From: a phage
Length of the DNA stretch: 64,000 bases
Direction: 5' to 3' (one strand)
Sequence record: PX421306.1
In this document: piece by piece, positions 57,401 to 64,000 of the stretch
Position numbering within the stretch: position 1 is the stretch's first letter
Layout: every line of letters starts with the position of its first letter
The notes under the pieces: generated by a model
What the model saw: only the letters and a program-made list of their open reading frames with translations
What the model was told of the DNA's origin: nothing
Databases searched by the model: none
Position numbers and translations under genes: made by a program

Positions 57401-58321
57401 TCTACTGTATTTGAAGTTGGCGATGAAACATCTCATCACTTTTATTCTCAGCGTAATAAAGACGGTACTATAGCGTTTATCATTAATGGTACTGTAATGC
57501 CAATAAACATTAATGCTTCCGGTTTGATGAATGTGAATGGCACTGCAACATTTGGTAGTTCAGTTACAGCCAATGGTGAATTCATCAGCAAGTCTGCAAA
57601 TGCTTTTAGAGCAATAAGTGGTAATTATGGATTCTTTATTCGCAATGATGCTACTAACACCTATTTTATGCTTACTGCATCGGGTGATCAGACTGGCGGA
57701 TTTAATGGATTACGTCCTTTAGCTATTAACAATGCATCTGGTCAAGTAACGATTGGTGAAAGCTTAATCATTGCCAAAGGTGCTACTATAAATTCAGGTG
57801 GTTTAACTGTTAACTCGAGAATTCGTTCTCAGGGCACTAAAACATCTGACTTATATACCCGTGCACCGACATCTGATACTGTAGGATTCTGGTCAATCGA
57901 TATTAACGATTCAGCCACTTATAACCAGTTCCCAGGTTATTTTAAAATGGTTGAAAAAACTAATGAAGTGACTGGACTTCCATACTTAGAACGTGGTGAA
58001 GAAGTTAAATCTCCTGGTACATTGACTCAGTTTGGTAACACACTTGATTCACTTTACCAAGATTGGATTACTTATCCAACAACTCCAGAAGCACGTACAA
58101 CCCGTTGGACACGTACATGGCAGAAAACTAAAAATTCTTGGTCGAGTTTTGTTCAGGTATTTGATGGTGGAAACCCTCCTCAACCGTCTGATATCGGTGC
58201 TTTACCATCTGATAATGCTACAATGGGGAATCTTACTATTCGTGATTTCTTACGAATTGGTAATGTTCGCATTATTCCTGACCCAGTGAATAAAACGGTT
58301 AAATTTGAATGGGTTGAATAA
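54452..58321 (+). CDS. 34: Long tail fibre proximal subunit gp34 (1289 aa)
   Basis: 1289 aa, internal repeated motifs (TATETRRG.A.IAT); TATAAATA at 54410-54417. Confidence 0.96.
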   Translation: MAEIKRKFRAEDGLDAGGDKIINVALADRTVGTDGVNVDYLIQENTVQQYDPTRGYLKDFVIIYDNRFWAAINDIPKPAGTFNSGRWRALRTDANWITVSSGSYQLKSGEAISVNTAAGNDITFTLPSTPIDGDTIVLQDIGGKPGVNQVLIVAPVQSIVNFRGEQVRSVLMTHPKSQLVLIFSNRLWQMYVADYSREAVVVTPANTYQAQSNDFIVRRFTSAAPINIKLPRFANHGDIINFVDLDKLNPLYHTIVTTYDETTSVQEDGTHSIEGRTSIDGFLMYDDNEKLWRLFDGDSKARLRIITTNSNIRPNEEVMVFGANNGITQTIELQLPTNISVGDTVKISMNYMRKGQTVKIKAAGEDKIASSVQLLQFPKRSEYPPEAEWVTVQELVFNGETNYVPVLQLAYIEDSDGKYWVVQQNVPTVERVDSLNDSTRARLGVIALATQAQANADLENSPQKELAITPETLANRTATETRRGIARIATTAQVNQNTTFSFADDIIITPKKLNERTATETRRGVAEIATQQETNAGTDDTTIITPKKLQARQGSESLSGIVTFVSTTGATPASSRELNGTNVYNKNTNNLVVSPKALDQYKATPTQQGAVILAVESEVIAGQSQEGWANAVVTPETLHKKTSTDARIGLIEIATQSEVNTGTDYTRAVTPKTLNDRIATESLSGIAEIATQVEFDAGVDDTRISTPLKIKTRFNSTDRTSVVALSGLVESGTLWDHYTLNILEANETQRGTLRVATQVEAAAGTLDNVLITPKKLLGTKSTESQEGVIKVATQTETVAGTSANTAVSPKNLKWIVQSEPTWAATTAIRGFVKTSSGSITFVGNDTVGSTQSLELYEKNSYAVSPYELNRVLANYLPLKAKAADANLLDGLDSSQFIRRDIAQTVNGSLTLTQQTNLNAPLVSSSTATFGGSLAANSTFTIRNTGTPTRIVFEKGPASGANPVQSMSIRVWGNQYGGGSDTTRSTVFEVGDETSHHFYSQRNKDGTIAFIINGTVMPININASGLMNVNGTATFGSSVTANGEFISKSANAFRAISGNYGFFIRNDATNTYFMLTASGDQTGGFNGLRPLAINNASGQVTIGESLIIAKGATINSGGLTVNSRIRSQGTKTSDLYTRAPTSDTVGFWSIDINDSATYNQFPGYFKMVEKTNEVTGLPYLERGEEVKSPGTLTQFGNTLDSLYQDWITYPTTPEARTTRWTRTWQKTKNSWSSFVQVFDGGNPPQPSDIGALPSDNATMGNLTIRDFLRIGNVRIIPDPVNKTVKFEWVE

Positions 58322-58329
58322 GAGGTATT

Positions 58330-59445
58330 ATGGAAAAATTTATGGCAGAGTTTGGACAAGGATATGTCCAAACGCCATTTTTATCGGAAAGTAATTCAGT
58401 AAGATATAAAATAAGCATAGCGGGTTCTTGCCCGCTTTCTACTGCAGGACCATACGTTAAATTTCAGGATAATCCTGTTGGAAGTCAAACATTTAGCGCA
58501 GGACTTCATTTAAGAGTTTTTGACCCTTCTACAGGAGCATTAGTTGATAGTAAGTCATATGCTTTTTCTACTTCAAATGATACTACATCAGCGGCTTTTG
58601 TTAGTTTCATGAATTCTTTGACGAATAATAGACTTGTTGCTATATTAACTAGTGGAAAGGTTAATTTTCCTCCTGAAGTGGTGTCTTGGTTAAGAACCGC
58701 AGGAACGTCTGCTTTTCCATCTGATTCTATATTGTCAAGATTCGACGTATCATATGCTGCTTTTTACACTTCTTCTAAAAGAGCTATTGCATTAGAGCAT
58801 GTTAAACTAAGTAATAGAAAAAGCACAGATGATTATCAAACTATTTTAGATGTTGTATTTGACAGTTTAGAAGACGTTGGAGCTACCGGATTTCCAAGAA
58901 GAACGTATGAAAGCGTTGATCAATTTATGTCGGCAGTTGGCGGAACTAATAATGAAATTGCGCGATTGCCAACTTCAGCTGCCATAAGTAAATTATCTGA
59001 CTATAATTTAATTCCTGGCGATGTTCTTTATCTTAAAGCTCAGTTATATGCTGATGCCGATTTACTTGCGCTTGGAACTACAAATATATCTATCCGTTTT
59101 TATAATTCATCAAATGGATATATTTCTTCAACACAAGCTGAGTTCACCGGACAAGCTGGGTCTTGGGAATTAAAGGAAGATTATGTAGTTGTTCCAGAAA
59201 ACGCTGTGGGATTTACGATATACGCGCAAAGAACTGCACAAGCCGGTCAAGGTGGCATGAGAAATTTAAGCTTTTCTGAAGTGTCAAGAAATGGAGGTAT
59301 TTCGAAACCCGCTGAATTTGGCGTCAATGGCATTCGTGTTAATTATATCTGTGAATCTGCTTCACCTCCGGATATAATGGTACTTCCTACACAAGCATCG
59401 TCTAAAACTGGTAAAGTGTTTGGGCAAGAATTTAGAGAAGTATAA
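58330..59445 (+). CDS. 35: Long tail fibre hinge connector gp35 (371 aa)
   Basis: 371 aa. Confidence 0.92.
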   Translation: MEKFMAEFGQGYVQTPFLSESNSVRYKISIAGSCPLSTAGPYVKFQDNPVGSQTFSAGLHLRVFDPSTGALVDSKSYAFSTSNDTTSAAFVSFMNSLTNNRLVAILTSGKVNFPPEVVSWLRTAGTSAFPSDSILSRFDVSYAAFYTSSKRAIALEHVKLSNRKSTDDYQTILDVVFDSLEDVGATGFPRRTYESVDQFMSAVGGTNNEIARLPTSAAISKLSDYNLIPGDVLYLKAQLYADADLLALGTTNISIRFYNSSNGYISSTQAEFTGQAGSWELKEDYVVVPENAVGFTIYAQRTAQAGQGGMRNLSFSEVSRNGGISKPAEFGVNGIRVNYICESASPPDIMVLPTQASSKTGKVFGQEFREV

Positions 59446-59448
59446 ATT

Positions 59449-59474
59449 GAGGGAGCCTTCGGGTTCCCTTTTTC
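59449..59474 (+). terminator. Terminator after gene 35
   Basis: GGGAGCC-TTCG-GGTTCCC + TTTTTC. Confidence 0.75.
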
Positions 59475-59476
59475 TT

Positions 59477-59484
59477 TATAAATA
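59477..59484 (+). promoter_or_regulatory. Late promoter TATAAATA (gene 36)
   Basis: Exact octamer after the gp35 terminator. Confidence 0.7.
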
Positions 59485-59507
59485 CTATTAAAATAAAGGG
59501 GCATACA

Positions 59508-60173
59508 ATGGCTGATTTAAAAGTAGGTTCAACAACTGGAGGCTCTGTCATTTGGCATCAAGGAAATTTTCCATTGAATCCAGCCGGTGACGATGTACTC
59601 TATAAATCATTTAAAATATATTCAGAATACAATAAACCACAAGCTGCTGATAACGATTTCGTTTCTAAAGCTAATGGTGGTACTTATGCGTCAAAGGTAA
59701 CATTTAACAGTGGCGTGCAAATACCATATGCTATAAACAATACAAACCAAAGCGGTATTTATCCTGGCAATGGTGATGCAGCTACTTTTGCTACAGCAAA
59801 TATTGATATTGTTTCATGGTATGGTATTGGTTTTAAATCATCACAGGGTTCAGCAGCCAGAACTGTTGTAATTAATACGCGTAATGGTGATATTAGTACA
59901 AAAGGTGTCGTGTCGGCAACTGGTCAAGTAAGAAGTGATGCGACTGCTCCTATAGCAGCGAATGACCTTACTAGAAAAGACTATGTTGACGGAGCAATAA
60001 ATACTGTTACGGCAAATGCAGATTCTAGAGTTTTCCGTAAAGGAGACACTATGACTGGAAACTTAACCGCACCAAACTTTTTCTCGCAGAATCCTGCATC
60101 TCAACCTTCACATGTTCCACGATTTGACCAAATCGTAATTAAGGATTCTGTTCAAGATTTCGGCTATTATTAA
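59508..60173 (+). CDS. 36: Long tail fibre distal connector gp36 (221 aa)
   Basis: 221 aa; TATAAATA at 59477-59484. Confidence 0.93.
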   Translation: MADLKVGSTTGGSVIWHQGNFPLNPAGDDVLYKSFKIYSEYNKPQAADNDFVSKANGGTYASKVTFNSGVQIPYAINNTNQSGIYPGNGDAATFATANIDIVSWYGIGFKSSQGSAARTVVINTRNGDISTKGVVSATGQVRSDATAPIAANDLTRKDYVDGAINTVTANADSRVFRKGDTMTGNLTAPNFFSQNPASQPSHVPRFDQIVIKDSVQDFGYY

Positions 60174-60181
60174 GAGGACTT

Positions 60182-63100
60182 ATGGCTACTTTAAAACAAA
60201 TACAATTTAAAAGAAGCAAAACCGCAGGTGCACGTCCTGCTGCTTCAGTATTAGCCGAAGGTGAATTGGCTATAAACTTAAAAGATAGAACAATTTTTAC
60301 TAAAGACGATTCAGGAAATATCATTGACTTAAGCATTTCTGCTGGCGGTAGTATCAGTGGAAATATCACTCAAACTGGCGATTATTTACAAAATGGAACA
60401 TATAATCTTAATGGAAACCAGTTTGTTTATGCAGGAAAATATATTGAATTTTTACCTAAAACTGCTGGTAATGGTGCTTGGGCAAATCAACATAAAAATA
60501 AAGCTCCTATCTTTACCGATTTGAGTTCAACGACTTCTACTTCAGAATACCATCCGCTAATTAAACAACGCTATAAAGATGGAACTTTTTCTGTTGGTAC
60601 GTTAGTAAACGAAGGTAGTTTTAAAATTCAATATATCAATGAATCTGGTGATTCAAAATATTGGACTTTTAATCGTAACGGTAGTTTTATTGTAGATAAT
60701 GGCAGTATTGAAGTCCGTGCAGGTAATATTTCTGCATCAGGCAATATTAACTCGGCAACTGGATTTGTTTCTGCACCGCGCGTCAATACAAAAAATATTA
60801 ACCTGAGTTCTAAAACCTTTATACCGAATAATGACACGGGTTATGACATTGTTTCTTTACCTACTTGGATTTATAATCCACCAGCAGATGGTTCTGACCG
60901 TGATACAAACGGATTGAACTACATGCGTAAAATGCGGGCTTCAAATACTTCTAGCATTTTCCATGAAATAGTTGACTGTCGTTCAGGAAAGCCACAAGAA
61001 ATTTCTTGGTGGACCGGCGTAGGACCTTCGTCTTTCCAGTGGGCATTTGATACCACTGGACGTATTACCGCAGGTAAATCTATTTCAGTAGGTCTTCCTG
61101 ATAGTGGTACAAATGGCCGTTATCCACTTGATTCTGCAATTTCTATTGGTATTGCGATTGGCGATAATGATACCGGTATTAAATGGGTCCGCGATGGCGT
61201 TTATGACCTGATGGCTAACGGTATTTCATCCGCTACCATTTTGAACAACGGTATTAATAGTACTAAAAAATTGATGGTTGGTTATAGCCGTGATTCCGGC
61301 TCTACTTGGGATTTCCCAAATAACAACCAAGCAATGTTTACTGCGCGTACCGATATTGATGGTAATAATAACGGCGATGGTCAGACTCATATTGGTTATA
61401 GCAGCAATTCTAAAATGTATCACTATTTCCGTGGCACGGGTCGTATGGCTGTCGGAATGGCTGAAGGTTTAATTGTTGAGCCGGGTATTTTAGATATTAA
61501 AACTGGGTCCAATAGAGTTGCTATTAGAGCAGATGGTACATTTGACTCAACCCAACGTATTTCAATGCGTACTGGATTATTTTTATCAGGTGATGATAAT
61601 ACCAATGCTTTGTCATTTAAAGCGCCTACAGGTGTTGACGGGACAAAAACCATTAACTGGGATGCAGGCACTCGTAATGGTCAGAATAAAAATACTGTAA
61701 CCATTAAAGCGTGGGGTAACTCATTTAACTCAACTCCAGGTAATAGAGAAACTGTATTCGAAGTTTCAGATTCACAAGGTTATTATTTCTACGCTCAACG
61801 TACTAATCCTGCGTCAGGTCAAACAGTAGGTCCTATTAATTTTAAATTTAATGGTACTGTAGAAACTGGACATATTGTTGGGCTCGGAAATATAAGTGCC
61901 TCTGGTACAGGTTCTTTTGGTGGCAATGTTACCATGTCTAATGGTTTGTTTGTCCAAGGTGGTTCTTCTATTACTGGGCAAGTTAAAATCGGCGGAACAT
62001 CAGATGCATTAAGAATTTGGAATGCTGAATATGGCGCAATTTTCCGTCGTTCTGAAGATAAGTTTTATATTATTCCAACTCCGCAGAATGCCGGTGAATC
62101 AGGTGGTATTTCTAATTTACGTCCGTTCTATATTACATTAAGTAATGGTAAAGTTTCCATGGATCATGATGTAGATATCGGCGGCGGTAGATTTAAAGTA
62201 GAAGTGGCTGGAACTACGGCTGGTCAACGTATTACAGTTAATGCAAGTAGCGATGCTATTAGAATAAATGCTCCAACACAAGAGTCTTCTAACTTCATTC
62301 AAGGACGTAAGGCTGATGTGCCTAAATGGTATTTGGGTATTGGTGATGGCGGCAATGTCGTTCGTATGCACAGCTACACACATTCACATGGTATTGCATT
62401 AAATTCTGATTCTGTCGATATTACTAAGCCTCTTAAAGTCGGCAATGCCCAACTAGGAACTGACGGTAATATTACCAATGGTTCAGGAAACTTTGCCAAC
62501 TTAAATACCACGTTAAATCGTAAAGTTAATTCTGGATTTATTACTTATGGAGCAACCTCTGGATGGTATAAGTTTGCAACTGTAACAATGCCACAATCCA
62601 CTTCAACAGTCTTCTTTAAAATAGTTGGAGGTTCTGGATTTAATAGCGGATTATTCACCCAATGTAATATTGCTGAAATTGTTTTACGTACTGGTAATGA
62701 AAGACCTTCTGACTTAAATGCTGTATTATACACAAGAACAACTGGAATGTATAGCGCAGCATTTAGAAATATTGCAGTTAACAATGTCTCTGGAAATACA
62801 TATGACATTTATGTTTATGCTGGAACATATTGTAATCAACTAGTTTGTGAATGGTCATGTACCGAAAATGCTACTGTTAGCGTTATTGGTATTAACTCAT
62901 CTACCCAATCACCTGTGGATGCTCTTCCAGATACAGCAGTTGATGGGCAAGTTGCTAATGTTCTTAATAACTTGGTTGATCGCGGTAAAGTTAAGCGTTA
63001 TGAAGCCGATTCTGAAATAGCTATTAATAGCCCAACCGGTATTCGTATCAGAAGCAATGGCGATAAAACTGGTTCTGTTGCTACAATGCTACGAAATGAT

Positions 63101-63970
63101 GGCGGCAGTTTTTATATTCTGTTTACAGATAAAAATGCCACCGATGGCGCAGCAACTGTTAATGGTGATTGGAATAGTAAACGTCCTTTCGCAATTAACT
63201 TAACAACCGGCGAAGTGATGATGAATAATGGCATAGCTGTTCGCAGCGCTGCTTTATTCTATAATAGCATAAACGTCAAAGATAATGGTTCTATTAACTT
63301 TGATAAATCAGGTGCTAACCCGAGAAATATGAGAATATTTCATGCTGGCGATGCTTCTCGCGGTAACCGCATTGAAATTGCAGATGAAACTAACTATATT
63401 GCTTACTTTGAAAAGACTCCAGGTGGAGCTAACCGCTTTGTAGTAAATAATGCTACTGTAGCTGGTGTTAACCAAATGAATTCATTTGGTATTAATATCA
63501 ATAACGCACTTGGTGGAAATAGTATAGCATTTGGTGATAATGACACTGGAATTAAACAATCCGGTGACGGACTTCTTGATATTATTACTAACGCCGCACG
63601 CCGAATGAGATTCCAGACAGGTGACACCTATTCTGACATGAATATAAACGCTCCAAACGTTTATATTCGTTCTGATATTCGTTTGAAATCTAATTTCAGA
63701 CCTATTGAAAATGCTCTTGAAAAGGTTGAACAGCTTGATGGTTTAATCTATGATAAAGCTGACTATATAGGTGGTGAAATTGTTCAGACTGAAGCGGGTA
63801 TTGTGGCTCAAACACTGCAAGATGTTTTACCAGAAGCAGTTCGTGAAGTTGAAGATATTAAAGGTAATAAAATACTCACTGTTTCTTCTCAATCCCAGAT
63901 TGCTCTTCTAGTTGAAGCTGTGAAAACACTTTCTGCTCGTGTAAAAGAACTTGAATCTAAACTTATGTAA
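60182..63970 (+). CDS. 37: Long tail fibre distal subunit gp37 (1262 aa), T2-type with C-terminal intramolecular chaperone domain
   Basis: N-terminus MATLKQIQFKRSK...; C-terminal ...IRSDIRLKSNF... chaperone/S74-like domain. Confidence 0.93.
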   Translation: MATLKQIQFKRSKTAGARPAASVLAEGELAINLKDRTIFTKDDSGNIIDLSISAGGSISGNITQTGDYLQNGTYNLNGNQFVYAGKYIEFLPKTAGNGAWANQHKNKAPIFTDLSSTTSTSEYHPLIKQRYKDGTFSVGTLVNEGSFKIQYINESGDSKYWTFNRNGSFIVDNGSIEVRAGNISASGNINSATGFVSAPRVNTKNINLSSKTFIPNNDTGYDIVSLPTWIYNPPADGSDRDTNGLNYMRKMRASNTSSIFHEIVDCRSGKPQEISWWTGVGPSSFQWAFDTTGRITAGKSISVGLPDSGTNGRYPLDSAISIGIAIGDNDTGIKWVRDGVYDLMANGISSATILNNGINSTKKLMVGYSRDSGSTWDFPNNNQAMFTARTDIDGNNNGDGQTHIGYSSNSKMYHYFRGTGRMAVGMAEGLIVEPGILDIKTGSNRVAIRADGTFDSTQRISMRTGLFLSGDDNTNALSFKAPTGVDGTKTINWDAGTRNGQNKNTVTIKAWGNSFNSTPGNRETVFEVSDSQGYYFYAQRTNPASGQTVGPINFKFNGTVETGHIVGLGNISASGTGSFGGNVTMSNGLFVQGGSSITGQVKIGGTSDALRIWNAEYGAIFRRSEDKFYIIPTPQNAGESGGISNLRPFYITLSNGKVSMDHDVDIGGGRFKVEVAGTTAGQRITVNASSDAIRINAPTQESSNFIQGRKADVPKWYLGIGDGGNVVRMHSYTHSHGIALNSDSVDITKPLKVGNAQLGTDGNITNGSGNFANLNTTLNRKVNSGFITYGATSGWYKFATVTMPQSTSTVFFKIVGGSGFNSGLFTQCNIAEIVLRTGNERPSDLNAVLYTRTTGMYSAAFRNIAVNNVSGNTYDIYVYAGTYCNQLVCEWSCTENATVSVIGINSSTQSPVDALPDTAVDGQVANVLNNLVDRGKVKRYEADSEIAINSPTGIRIRSNGDKTGSVATMLRNDGGSFYILFTDKNATDGAATVNGDWNSKRPFAINLTTGEVMMNNGIAVRSAALFYNSINVKDNGSINFDKSGANPRNMRIFHAGDASRGNRIEIADETNYIAYFEKTPGGANRFVVNNATVAGVNQMNSFGININNALGGNSIAFGDNDTGIKQSGDGLLDIITNAARRMRFQTGDTYSDMNINAPNVYIRSDIRLKSNFRPIENALEKVEQLDGLIYDKADYIGGEIVQTEAGIVAQTLQDVLPEAVREVEDIKGNKILTVSSQSQIALLVEAVKTLSARVKELESKLM

Positions 63971-63971
63971 A

Positions 63972-63989
63972 AGAGGGCTTCGGCCCTCT
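63972..63989 (+). terminator. Hairpin after gene 37 (AGAGGGC-TTCG-GCCCTCT)
   Basis: Perfect 7-bp stem with UUCG loop directly after stop codon. Confidence 0.65.
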
Positions 63990-64000
63990 AAGGATTTTTA

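Noticed and set aside
60182-63970. Possibility that the large gp37 is a fusion of gp37 and a gp38 adhesin
   Set aside because: The C-terminus matches a self-cleaving chaperone domain rather than a Gly-rich adhesin, and a terminator-like hairpin follows the stop; the adhesin gene, if present, is beyond the window.

Overview
This window is a T4-like (T-even, Tequatrovirus-type) myovirus segment, read from protein motifs and gene order alone with no database search. It runs in T4 map order from the 3' end of gene 15 to gene 37. Plus strand (late genes): terminase 16/17, tail sheath 18, tube 19, portal 20, prohead core 67/68, protease 21, scaffold 22, major capsid 23, vertex 24, uvsW, baseplate 51/27/28/29/48/54, and long tail fibre 34/35/36/37. 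Minus strand (early/middle genes): rnlB, hoc, inh, uvsY, 25/26, two tandem Alt-family ADP-ribosyltransferases, ligase 30, the 30.x cluster (HAD-like, NADAR), rIII, 31, cd, pseT, a spanin pair, alc, rnlA, denA, nrdB, nrdA, td, frd, 32, 59, 33, dsbA and rnh. Differences from canonical T4, judged from memory of T4: (1) nrdA is split into two ORFs by a mobE-like HNH homing endonuclease gene sitting inside the catalytic core, which is the strongest candidate for something undescribed here; (2) td and nrdB are uninterrupted, and no segD lies between 23 and 24; (3) a small basic ORF is inserted between frd and td with coupling overlaps at both ends; (4) gp37 is T2-like with a C-terminal self-cleaving chaperone domain; (5) two near-identical early-promoter/leader cassettes lie upstream of the small ORF downstream of alt and upstream of alc. 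No tRNA, rRNA or CRISPR array was seen.
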